DNA of 64,000 nucleotides, from NCBI GenBank assembly GCA_030829545.1, contig JAURAI010000009.1, positions 1,041-65,040 on the forward strand, written 5' to 3'. The notes beneath the pieces were generated by a model. That model made no database searches and was not told where the DNA came from. It saw only the letters and a list, made by a program, of their open reading frames with translations. The stretch's first letter is position 1. Each line of letters begins with the position of its first letter. Shown one piece after another: positions 29,832-38,813 of the stretch. Position numbers and translations under genes: made by a program. The DNA is from Poseidonia sp. (lineage in GTDB: Archaea; Thermoplasmatota; Poseidoniia; Poseidoniales; Poseidoniaceae).

Positions 29832-31226
29832 TCAAAGTCGCTGTTTTCCAAGGCATTGACGGAAGCAATCGGTGAGGTCCGTGTGTTGGAATTCATACCC
29901 GCTTTCGAGCAAACGATGGGGTGTGACTCGTTGACCATCAAGCACCAAAGCCTTTCCCATTTCTCCGAATAGGGTTCGTATAGCGAAGCCCGGGACAGGA
30001 ATGAACCAGGGGCGCAGCATCACTTTCCCAAGGGATTTTGCAAAGGCCTTTTGCTGTGCGGGCTCGGGCGCTGTTAGATTGTAAGCACCCTCGCAAGAGG
30101 GTGTCATCATCAGGTGGTGGATGGCGTAGATTTGGTCGTCGAGTGAAATCCAGGAATAATATTGCCGTCCTCCACCGACAGGCCCCCCTCCACCGAGTTG
30201 AGTTGGGAGAAGGAGTTTCTTGAGAACACCACCCATCGGCGTGAGAACGAGGCCTGTTCTCAACCACACCGTTCGAATGCCTGCATCAACAGCAGGTTGT
30301 GCTGCTGCCTCCCATTCCTGACAGAATTCTGCGAGGAAATTATCGCCCGGGGGTGAATCCTCGGTCAACACCTCATCCTTTCGATTGCCATAGAAGCCAA
30401 TTGCTGAGCCACATAGAAAGTTGGATGGAGGATGTTCTAATTTGCTGAGGATAGTTGCGAGATTGGCGGTTGGCGTGGTCCGGGAGTTGACGACGAGTTC
30501 CTTTCGCTTCTTGCTCCATCGCTTGTCACCGATTCCCGCTCCAGCGAGGTGTATAACCGTGTCAAAACCGTTTAAGTCTCCTTCAAGAACCTCTCCAGTT
30601 TGGTCGTTCCATCGAATGACGTCGTCGTTGTTCGCATCGGGTGGCAACACCGTTGTTGGACGAACCAGACGAGTGACTCGATGCCCGGCAGCGGAAAGGA
30701 AGGCACACAATTGCAAGCCAATCAGTCCTGTAGACCCGCTGACGAGGATGTTATGTCGCCCTTTATCTGCAAATTGCGAAATTCGCTTCAAGTCGTTCTG
30801 TACACGAAGCGTCCGATAGGCGAACATTTGGTTCATCCGTCCCTTCACGGTGAACGGTGCTGACCAAAATGTCAGCGGATGAAAGGGAAGTTTCCACTGA
30901 ACTGTGTCTCGAATTTGGCTGGATTGTGCGTCGACACCGATGAAGCGGTGTTCATGATCCCATTTGCCGAAGGGTCCTTTTTCCATGACATCGTTGAATA
31001 CCTCACCGCTCACAACGTCATAATGACGGGCAACCCACATCATTTTGACTGGCCCGAGACTGACTTTGAAACGGGTGGTGGCCCCGTTGACCAAGGCTCC
31101 TGCTTCAATCGGTGCAATACCTTCCCATTCGGGCATGATACGACGAAAAGCCCCCGGGCTGTTGTACCAGTCCCACACGTCTTCAACCGGGGCATCGTAG
31201 GTGGCGAGATGTTCGTAGGTTGGCAT
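29832..31226 (-). CDS. SRPBCC (START-like) domain + TIGR01777 NAD-dependent epimerase fusion
   Basis: N-terminal GAF.R..P.W...GPF..W.HEH.F; then SGSTGLIG, HLAGAGI...RW, SAIGFYG, C..WE and GGPVG.G.Q..SWI motifs. Confidence 0.9.
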   Translation of the reverse strand: MPTYEHLATYDAPVEDVWDWYNSPGAFRRIMPEWEGIAPIEAGALVNGATTRFKVSLGPVKMMWVARHYDVVSGEVFNDVMEKGPFGKWDHEHRFIGVDAQSSQIRDTVQWKLPFHPLTFWSAPFTVKGRMNQMFAYRTLRVQNDLKRISQFADKGRHNILVSGSTGLIGLQLCAFLSAAGHRVTRLVRPTTVLPPDANNDDVIRWNDQTGEVLEGDLNGFDTVIHLAGAGIGDKRWSKKRKELVVNSRTTPTANLATILSKLEHPPSNFLCGSAIGFYGNRKDEVLTEDSPPGDNFLAEFCQEWEAAAQPAVDAGIRTVWLRTGLVLTPMGGVLKKLLLPTQLGGGGPVGGGRQYYSWISLDDQIYAIHHLMMTPSCEGAYNLTAPEPAQQKAFAKSLGKVMLRPWFIPVPGFAIRTLFGEMGKALVLDGQRVTPHRLLESGYEFQHTDLTDCFRQCLGKQRL

Positions 31227-31235
31227 GGTTCGTCC

Positions 31236-32780
31236 TCATTGGTGGGCTGAATACAGAGATGGTCCAGAGCCGAGTGCTGTTTGAACCGACCTTGGGTTGT
31301 TGTACTTCTCCATGTAGGCTTTGGTGTTGAATTTTCGTTTGGTTGAGTCGGAGGTCATGCATCGGATCTTTCCGAAAACAGCTCGTTCGGTCCAGCCTCG
31401 GTCGAATTTACCCATCACCCAACCAATGCCCGTGTAGGAGTTGGGGTCACGGCCGTCAAGAGCCCATCGGTCGTTGATGGCAATCATCCATTCCATGGCC
31501 AATTCGGGGGTTGGAGACCATTCGAGTATTTTCTTTCCCCATAGCATCCGAAGATAATTGTGAATGATTCCTTCCTGACGAAGCTGGTTTTGGGCTGCAT
31601 TCCAAAGTGGGTCGTGGGTTGCAGCGGCTTCAAATTCTTCCAGCGTGTAGATGTAGGGGCGTTGGTCATTGGCGTGCTCTGCGAGCGTAATCTTGGCCCA
31701 TTCGGGCAGGGAACTGTATTCCATGTGGTCCTCAACCATGGCGCAGTGGATGAATCCGATATCGCGCCAAGTGATGACCTGGTCAAGGAAGGCTTCAACC
31801 GGTTCAGACAGGCCCCACCAGCCACGACGACGTCCGTCGTTGGGAAGGTTGACGAGGGACACATCCCAACGACTTTGAGTGAAAATCTCATGAAGGATTT
31901 GATGAACGCTGATGTGTCCGAAGTGGAGCCAGGGAGAGATGCCGCTCGCCCCTTTTTCATTCGGGTGGTTTCGCTTCTCATGGTAGTTTTCGAGACGCTC
32001 GTTGTAGAATTCTCTCCAACGCCGTCGTGCTTCAATCCAGCCGCCTTTCTTACTGAGGACCGGAGAAACATTGTGGTCGATGCTCAGCGTCGAAAGCGCT
32101 TGTCGTCCGACATCTCCGCCTTCAGATACCCGCCACAGGAATTCATAGGGTGTTTGTGGTGTTTCGGATTGATCGAATATTTCACTGACGATGTGTTCCG
32201 AAAGCCAGGGGAGGTCCGTTGCCTGCTCAAGAGGTCGTGCACTCGGAAAGTCATGCATGTGCTCACGGATGGTCTTGTGGAGATGCCGTCGCAGTGAGTA
32301 GGCCGTTGAGAACGCCCTCCCTTGTGCACGCATCGCCATGAACCCGCTGGAGTCAACCACTCGGATTTCACAGGGCTTGACATTCAATGCAGTATTGAGT
32401 ACGTGCTTGGGGTAGTAGGTAGGATAATCATCAATGATACAGATTTTGGCACGCTGAAGCCACGCCTTGAGCAGGCCAGATGCTTCTTTCCGCTTGGTTT
32501 CAATGTAGGGGATGTAAGTGACGCCTGTTTTAGCAAAAGTGTCTCGATTGTCAAGCATGCCCTGGAGGACAAAGGTAGAGATGCGGTCGTTGGCCCATTT
32601 GTGCTGAAGTGCCAAACTTTCAATGACCACCAAGGGCAGGTTGTGATCTTTGGCAATTTCGATACTGTGTTCGAGGGCGTGGTTCCAATGTGGACGGCGA
32701 GCCGCAGTCATCCAGTACAGAATGTATTCACCCGACGGGTTGGTGGTGCCGTGGATTTGGATACGAGTTGAGGCAATCAT
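31236..32780 (-). CDS. phr: class II CPD photolyase (deoxyribodipyrimidine photo-lyase)
   Basis: YWM..ARR...NHAL, SGISPWLHFGHIS, THDPLWNAAQ, HNYLRMLWGKKILEW, DGRDPNSY and ERAVFGKIR motifs. Confidence 0.92.
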   Translation of the reverse strand: MIASTRIQIHGTTNPSGEYILYWMTAARRPHWNHALEHSIEIAKDHNLPLVVIESLALQHKWANDRISTFVLQGMLDNRDTFAKTGVTYIPYIETKRKEASGLLKAWLQRAKICIIDDYPTYYPKHVLNTALNVKPCEIRVVDSSGFMAMRAQGRAFSTAYSLRRHLHKTIREHMHDFPSARPLEQATDLPWLSEHIVSEIFDQSETPQTPYEFLWRVSEGGDVGRQALSTLSIDHNVSPVLSKKGGWIEARRRWREFYNERLENYHEKRNHPNEKGASGISPWLHFGHISVHQILHEIFTQSRWDVSLVNLPNDGRRRGWWGLSEPVEAFLDQVITWRDIGFIHCAMVEDHMEYSSLPEWAKITLAEHANDQRPYIYTLEEFEAAATHDPLWNAAQNQLRQEGIIHNYLRMLWGKKILEWSPTPELAMEWMIAINDRWALDGRDPNSYTGIGWVMGKFDRGWTERAVFGKIRCMTSDSTKRKFNTKAYMEKYNNPRSVQTALGSGPSLYSAHQ

Positions 32781-33280
32781 GATTGGCGACCTCCAGAGGG
32801 CGTTGAAGAGACCGCTGCGCGGTACACAGAGTACGGGCGGTCACGACGTGTCAATCCTGATTGTCCTCCAAGGTTCGCAGGTTGGGTCAATCCGTCGATG
32901 GCAAGCTGTTGCATGGTTTCTGAGACCCACTTGAGAGACTGAAGGTCGCTAAGCGAGAACCATCCTGATGAAGAGATTTCTTCGCTGCTATCTTGAATTT
33001 GACCGGCATGGATGGCGACGTCGTAGCACAGGAAGACTGCGGGATGATCTTTGCGCAGCGCTGTGCGAACCCCAGCGAGGCCGAGTATGCGTCCGTCGAA
33101 GCCTGATTCCTCTGCGAGTTCCCGCAGCGTTGCTTCTTCTGGGCTTTCGCCTTCCTCAACGTGACCTTTGGGCAATCCCCAACAGCCTTGGTGACGGCCC
33201 TGCCCCTCTTGTACGAGGAGAATTCCACCATCTGCAACAACCCGTGCTGCAACTCCGAGGTCACATGAAATGGTCGCCAT
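32777..33280 (-). CDS. NUDIX hydrolase
   Basis: WGLPKGHVEEGESPEEATLRELAEESG NUDIX box; 4-bp overlap with the photolyase start. Confidence 0.88.
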   Translation of the reverse strand: MATISCDLGVAARVVADGGILLVQEGQGRHQGCWGLPKGHVEEGESPEEATLRELAEESGFDGRILGLAGVRTALRKDHPAVFLCYDVAIHAGQIQDSSEEISSSGWFSLSDLQSLKWVSETMQQLAIDGLTQPANLGGQSGLTRRDRPYSVYRAAVSSTPSGGRQS

Positions 33281-33348
33281 CAGATTCGTAAAATTTTCTT
33301 TCACTATATCAAGAACGGTTTAAGTCCAGTGAAGGGAAAAGACGAGTG

Positions 33349-33373
33349 TTTATATAAGAAATCTAGAGATTTC
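33349..33373 (+). promoter_or_regulatory. canonical TATA box followed by a palindromic operator (ribA operon promoter)
   Basis: TTTATATA at 33349-33356 (-30..-23 from ATG), then GAAATCT-AG-AGATTTC at 33358-33373. Confidence 0.7.
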
Positions 33374-33378
33374 CTAAC

Positions 33379-33990
33379 ATGCTCAGCAGCAACCAAAAAA
33401 CCCTCGATACACTTCCCGAGTCCGACGCAGCACTACCTACTCAATTCGGAGATTTCCGCATCCGTGCGTTCAGAGATCCATCCAACGGGAAAGAGCACTC
33501 CGTACTCTATGTAGGCGACATAACAGAAGGACACCCTCTCGTTAGGATTCATTCGGAGTGCCTAACTGGTGACGCTTTTGGATCACTTCGCTGCGACTGT
33601 GGCCCCCAGCTTCAGGCATCGATGAAAGCGATCCAAGAGGCGGGCAAGGGCGCTATCGTCTACCTGCGCCAGGAAGGCCGCGGTATCGGCCTCTATGCGA
33701 AAATGCAGGCCTACGCCCTGCAGGATATTGGATACGATACTCTTGATGCCAACCTGGCTCTCGGACTTCCAGCGGATGCTCGCCGCTACGATGTCGCAGC
33801 TGAAATGCTCTATGCCATGGGCGTGGAGGGCGTTGAATTGATGACCAATAACCCAGAAAAGCGGCAACAACTGCTCGATAACGGCATTCGTGTTGCCAAC
33901 CGCATCCCTCTCATCGTCGGTCGTTGTGCCCAAAACAGCTCCTACTTGCAGACCAAGGCAGTCCGAATGGGCCATATGCTACCTATCTGA
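33379..33990 (+). CDS. ribA: GTP cyclohydrolase II (bacterial type)
   Basis: [40 protein letters not shown] and YL.TK..RMGH motifs. Confidence 0.96.
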   Translation: MLSSNQKTLDTLPESDAALPTQFGDFRIRAFRDPSNGKEHSVLYVGDITEGHPLVRIHSECLTGDAFGSLRCDCGPQLQASMKAIQEAGKGAIVYLRQEGRGIGLYAKMQAYALQDIGYDTLDANLALGLPADARRYDVAAEMLYAMGVEGVELMTNNPEKRQQLLDNGIRVANRIPLIVGRCAQNSSYLQTKAVRMGHMLPI

Positions 33991-33999
33991 GGCCTTACC

Positions 34000-34467
34000 A
34001 TGTCAACGCACCTTATCGGCCAAAATGTCCCTCAATTTTCTCTTGAAACTGATGACGGTGCGGTCTTTGAAAGCGCCTCGCTGAACGGAACATGGCGCGT
34101 CATCTTTTTCTACTCGAGAAATAACTCACCAACGTGCAAGCGAGGCTGCCTCACCTTCAAAGAACAACACGATCTTTTCGCTTCTGCGGGATGCTCCATC
34201 ATCGGAATCGGACCGGGAACAGTTGAAGAACAGGCAGTTCACAAAGCCTCATTGGGAGATTTGCCCTTCCCGCTACTTGCTGACCCTGAACGTTTGGTTG
34301 GCAAAGCATTCGGTGTGCCCGTACACCTTGGCCAATTCCCGGCCAAATCATCCTTCCTGATCGGCCCAGACAACACCATTCACTACGTCTATGACTGGCT
34401 TTTCAGACCACGACGACACGTCGCAAAGATTCTAGCAGACATTTCTAAGGTTACGGGGGACAATTGA
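34000..34467 (+). CDS. bcp: peroxiredoxin, BCP/PrxQ type
   Basis: FFY....PTC...C, LPFPLLAD and SFLIG motifs. Confidence 0.8.
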   Translation: MSTHLIGQNVPQFSLETDDGAVFESASLNGTWRVIFFYSRNNSPTCKRGCLTFKEQHDLFASAGCSIIGIGPGTVEEQAVHKASLGDLPFPLLADPERLVGKAFGVPVHLGQFPAKSSFLIGPDNTIHYVYDWLFRPRRHVAKILADISKVTGDN

Positions 34468-35868
34468 ATGTGGGACGAATTATTACTTGAGGCAGGACTC
34501 AACGAACGTGAAGTCCGCTCGATCATGATTCTTGGCTCAAGGCCACGCATGAAAGCCTCTGAACTCGCCAAGGAATTGAACACGACCAGACTCGATGCGT
34601 ACAACAGCCTGTCGAGGCTGCAAGAAATGGGTATTGTCACGGCGACAGCAGACCGCCCAATGTTATTTTCAAGCCTCCGAATCAACGAAGCAATGGAGCA
34701 CATTATCAACTCCAGAAAACAGCAGCTTGATCGTCTCATCCACGGATTTGACGATCTCTCCAAAGGAATTACTGAGACAGACGCGTCCTACGAGAAACAA
34801 CGACGGGATATCGATGACCCACGATTCGCTGTGCTGAAAGAACGAACCCACATCTACAATCGGCTCCAAAAGATGGCTGCTGAATCCGAAGAGCGCCTGA
34901 TCTTATTGCTCGGCCAATTCGGAATCCTCCACCTCTGCCGCAACCCCGACGCTCTTGAAGCGGTCAATACCGCTGCGGTACGTGGTGTCGTCGTACAAAT
35001 CATCACGCATCTTGACGGCCGGACCCTGCGGTTCTTTGACCAATTGAACGGAAGCATCGAAGTTCGTCACTCGGATGAACTCGACTCCCTCGGCTTCGTA
35101 CAAGACCAGGCTGAAGTGATTCAATACCTCAATATCGAAGACAATCCTGTCGGACGAGGAAAAGAAGACGCTGCACTCATCATCGAATCTGGGCCTTTCT
35201 CTCAGGCTCACCTCCACCTAATCGATGCCATTTGGGAGGGAGCCGTACCACTTGCAACGGCCCGTGCCCGCTTTACTGAAAATCAAATCAACGACCCGTT
35301 GCGCTTGACCATCGGCGAGGGTTCCTTCCTGAAGAACGTCTCAGTTGCTCTTGGCTTTGACGGGGAGCTGCCCGACGAGGATACTCCCTTTGACCCCGAT
35401 GCCTTCTTCGCTGCGGGACATGAAGTCAACGAAGCTCGGATGCGTTTGACAGAGGGTAAACTCTCCAATCTCAAAGTTCTGGGAATTGATATCGGGCGAA
35501 TGCTTCGTCAAATTGGAAATCGTGTTGGACAAGAAATAGCCTTCTCGCTTCGTTCTATAGAAAACGATATCGAGTTCCTCGACGAAATGATGGATTGGTG
35601 GGAGCATGCCGGTTTGGGTTTGCTCCAATACGATGTTGACCCACAATTCCATGTCCGAGTAGGCCTTAACCACCCTCCAGTGGAAGACATTGATGCGCTA
35701 CCAATGTGGGAAATGGATGATGGAATCATCGAAGGGGCTCTTTCGACCCGCTTCGCTAAGGAAGTCAACGTTGTGATTCAACGAACTGAGGGTGAAGGCG
35801 ATGCAAGTGATTTGTGGCGGTACATCATTCATCGCCACGAAATGAAAATGATCGAGTTAGGCGACTAG
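34468..35868 (+). CDS. TrmB-family transcriptional regulator with C-terminal V4R-like domain
   Basis: GLNEREVR...ASELAKEL..RLDAYNSL..L...G.V wHTH; TrmB effector domain (RGV.V..I, EVRH); C-terminal MLRQIG..VG..IA, WW..AGLG and GIIEGAL. Confidence 0.8.
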   Translation: MWDELLLEAGLNEREVRSIMILGSRPRMKASELAKELNTTRLDAYNSLSRLQEMGIVTATADRPMLFSSLRINEAMEHIINSRKQQLDRLIHGFDDLSKGITETDASYEKQRRDIDDPRFAVLKERTHIYNRLQKMAAESEERLILLLGQFGILHLCRNPDALEAVNTAAVRGVVVQIITHLDGRTLRFFDQLNGSIEVRHSDELDSLGFVQDQAEVIQYLNIEDNPVGRGKEDAALIIESGPFSQAHLHLIDAIWEGAVPLATARARFTENQINDPLRLTIGEGSFLKNVSVALGFDGELPDEDTPFDPDAFFAAGHEVNEARMRLTEGKLSNLKVLGIDIGRMLRQIGNRVGQEIAFSLRSIENDIEFLDEMMDWWEHAGLGLLQYDVDPQFHVRVGLNHPPVEDIDALPMWEMDDGIIEGALSTRFAKEVNVVIQRTEGEGDASDLWRYIIHRHEMKMIELGD

Positions 35869-37119
35869 GTGGGCATACTCATGAAGTTGCGTACATTTCT
35901 CAGTTTTTTCCGTCAACTGAAAGGGAAAAAACCAATCGATATTGACAAGATTCAATCCATGGGGCTCCTTGCTGTCAAACTTGGACAAATCTTTGCTCTT
36001 CGACCCGACCTCATTGAGCCAGAGCGATGCATTGAACTGCAACGCTTGTACAGTCGCGGAGCAACCATTCCAACCGAAGATTCACAACGCCTTCTCGACC
36101 GATTTGCTCCACCCAATTTCCGAAGTCATTTCCAATCGATTGAACCCGTTCCATTTGCTGCTGCAAGCATCGGTCAAATCCATCGGGCCGTCCTCAACGA
36201 TGGAACTCGCGTGGTTGTCAAAATTATCAAAGCAGATTTCGAGGCCTCGTTCAAGCGAGATGTTCGGCGTATGAAGCGATGGATCCGCACCGGTCTGTTG
36301 TTCAACCCACGCTTGCGAAAGGTCGGGAACCCCATCGGACTGCTCGCCCACATCGAAGATTATACCCTTCGCGAATTGAATCTCACCAATGAGATTGAGG
36401 GGCAAAACCAACTCATCGAAAAGGCAAAAGAAATTGAGCAACATTTCCCCATGCCGAAACTGAAATTCCCTCGGATGTGGGATGAATTGTCCAATCAACA
36501 CGTGCTGGTCATGGAAGAAATCACGCACCCCACGCTTGAGGCTCGTCTGGAAGAAAAAACGCTCAACTGGGCAAATATGTTGGAATTGTTTCGCATTCAC
36601 GGTGCCTTCATGTTTGGAATCGGTACATTCCACGGAGACCTGCATCCAGGAAACGCCATGATGAACGATGAAGGCGACTTTTTCTTCATCGATACCGGTG
36701 CGATTTGCAACGCACCGCCTCACGTACGTAATGCCTTGTTTGGCTTCTTTTACTTCCTCGCCAAAGGTGAACTCAAGCATGCATTTGATGCTATGCTCAC
36801 GATGGCCGCTGTTCAGCCCACGGGTAAAACACTGCAAACGTATTATGACTCGATGAACGAGCTTTACGCTGGATTTGTTGGAACCTCAGTGAGCGAAGTT
36901 TCCCTCACGGAGCAAATGATGAAGACCGTCAAAGCAGCGGTGTTAGCGGGTTGTGCATTCGGTGAAGAAGCCTTCCCGATCATTCGTTCCTTGATGTACA
37001 TGGACGGAATGGTGCTCAAAGGACATCCTGAAGTGGATCTGATCAGTTCAATGGGTCCCTATCTCGACGAATTTTCTGTGCTCATTGACCCCTATTCCAT
37101 TATTTCAGATGAAAAATAA
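35869..37119 (+). CDS. AarF/ABC1/UbiB-family atypical kinase
   Basis: VKLGQ..ALRPD, PFAAASIGQIHRA.L..G..V.VK, ELNL..E, FHGDLHPGN and IDTG motifs; alternative start at 35881. Confidence 0.9.
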   Translation: MGILMKLRTFLSFFRQLKGKKPIDIDKIQSMGLLAVKLGQIFALRPDLIEPERCIELQRLYSRGATIPTEDSQRLLDRFAPPNFRSHFQSIEPVPFAAASIGQIHRAVLNDGTRVVVKIIKADFEASFKRDVRRMKRWIRTGLLFNPRLRKVGNPIGLLAHIEDYTLRELNLTNEIEGQNQLIEKAKEIEQHFPMPKLKFPRMWDELSNQHVLVMEEITHPTLEARLEEKTLNWANMLELFRIHGAFMFGIGTFHGDLHPGNAMMNDEGDFFFIDTGAICNAPPHVRNALFGFFYFLAKGELKHAFDAMLTMAAVQPTGKTLQTYYDSMNELYAGFVGTSVSEVSLTEQMMKTVKAAVLAGCAFGEEAFPIIRSLMYMDGMVLKGHPEVDLISSMGPYLDEFSVLIDPYSIISDEK

Positions 37120-37160
37120 AGATGTTATTTTTAAAGCATTTTTTAAGGTCAAAAACCCCC

Positions 37161-37168
37161 CTTTATAT
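37161..37168 (+). promoter_or_regulatory. canonical TATA box of crtI-crtB
   Basis: CTTTATAT at -30..-23 from the crtI ATG, in an AT-rich spacer. Confidence 0.6.
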
Positions 37169-37190
37169 GGTCGTTATTTGAGCGGAAGGC

Positions 37191-38804
37191 ATGGCAGCCA
37201 CCGCTCAACCGAAAGTCGCAATCATTGGTGCTGGTCCCGGAGGTTTGGCCTCTGCGCTCCTGCTTGCAAAATCAGGGGTCGATGTAACGGTCTTTGAACG
37301 GTCAGGAAGTGTTGGTGGTCGAAACAAAGTTTTCGAACGAGATGGTTTCAAATTCGACCTTGGCCCCACATTTTTCCACTACCCTGAAGTGATTGAAGAC
37401 ATCTTCAAAGCCATCGGAATGGACGCTCATGAAGAACTCAAACTTCACCGTCTGGACATGAATTATCGGCTCATCTTTGGACAGGGTGGACAACTGGACT
37501 GCACGAGCGATTTGGACGTCATGACCGAGCGTATCCGAGGCCTTTCCGGCGATTTCAATGCCGAGGCATTCAAGCGCTATGTCGTTGACAACCGCCTCAA
37601 ACTGGAGAAATCAAAGGCCTGCCTTCAAGAACCATGGTACGGGCCAACTGACCTCCTCTCTAAGCGAGCCATGCGAGTTGCCAGCGTGCTCCGACCCCAA
37701 CGCTCCGTAGCCAAGGACCTCATGAAACTCTTCGACGATGACCGCCTTATGCTGGCAATGTCCTTCCAGACGAAGTATCTCGGCATGTCCCCCTTCAATT
37801 GCCCCAGCCTGTTTACCATGCTTGCTTTCCTCGAGTATGAATACGGTATTTTCCACCCGATTGGCGGGCTGGGAAGCGTCAGTGCACGCATGGCCAAAAT
37901 TGCAGAAGACCTCGGCGTGAAATTCCGCCTCAACGAAGCGGTTGAGGGCGTCATCATGGACGGCAAGACCATCAAAGGGGTAAGAACTGCAAAGGAAGAG
38001 TTCTTGGCTGAAAAGGTGATTATGAACGCCGATTTTGCGAACGGAATGACCCAGCTATTCCCTGACAAGGTACGTAAGAAGTGGAGCAACAAGAAATTGG
38101 ACAACAAGAAATATTCCTGTTCAACATTCATGCTCTACCTTGGCGTTGACAGAACCTATGATAACCTCCCACATCACCAAATATACGCTTCATCGAATTA
38201 TGAAAACAATCTAGAGGACATTGAAAAACACCACCGAATCACATGGGACGACCCTTCCATCTACGTCCAAAACGCGTGCATTACCGACCCAGGTTTGGCA
38301 CCCGAAGGTTGCTCAACTGTCTACGCCCTCGTCCCTGTTTCCCACATCCATGAGAACATTGATTGGAACAAAGAAAAGGATGCGTACCGCGACAGAATCA
38401 TTGACCAAATTGAGTCCAAACTCGGCTTTGAAAACCTCCGAGATAACATCGTGACGGAAATGGTTATCACCCCCGAAGATTGGGGAGACCACTGCTATCG
38501 AGGCGCCGTGTTCAACTTGGCTCACGGCTTGGACCAGATGCTTTGGCGCCGACCAAAGAATCAGTTTGACGAAATCAACAACCTGTACCTCGTTGGAGGA
38601 GGCACCCATCCAGGAAGTGGATTGCCTGTCATCTACGAATCAGCACGAATCAGCAGCAAATTACTGCTTGACAGTCTGGGAATCATTCCAGACTGGAACG
38701 GCGTTGATACTTGGTTTGAAAGCCGGAAGCGAAGCAAGCAAGGACGTGTAGCCTTGGATAAATCATCCAAGGATTCGTCAACAGGCACACCTACATCGGC
38801 TTGA
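37191..38804 (+). CDS. crtI: phytoene desaturase (CrtI/CrtN family)
   Basis: IIGAGPGGL, FD.GPT, FQTKYLGMSP, SCSTFMLYLG and YLVGGGTHPGSGLP motifs. Confidence 0.9.
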   Translation: MAATAQPKVAIIGAGPGGLASALLLAKSGVDVTVFERSGSVGGRNKVFERDGFKFDLGPTFFHYPEVIEDIFKAIGMDAHEELKLHRLDMNYRLIFGQGGQLDCTSDLDVMTERIRGLSGDFNAEAFKRYVVDNRLKLEKSKACLQEPWYGPTDLLSKRAMRVASVLRPQRSVAKDLMKLFDDDRLMLAMSFQTKYLGMSPFNCPSLFTMLAFLEYEYGIFHPIGGLGSVSARMAKIAEDLGVKFRLNEAVEGVIMDGKTIKGVRTAKEEFLAEKVIMNADFANGMTQLFPDKVRKKWSNKKLDNKKYSCSTFMLYLGVDRTYDNLPHHQIYASSNYENNLEDIEKHHRITWDDPSIYVQNACITDPGLAPEGCSTVYALVPVSHIHENIDWNKEKDAYRDRIIDQIESKLGFENLRDNIVTEMVITPEDWGDHCYRGAVFNLAHGLDQMLWRRPKNQFDEINNLYLVGGGTHPGSGLPVIYESARISSKLLLDSLGIIPDWNGVDTWFESRKRSKQGRVALDKSSKDSSTGTPTSA

Positions 38805-38813
38805 GGGTTGAAC

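Noticed and set aside
31560..32297. Long antisense ORFs (also 10786-11526, 19891-20688, 36082-36837)
   Set aside because: They lie wholly within well-supported genes and show no recognisable motifs.
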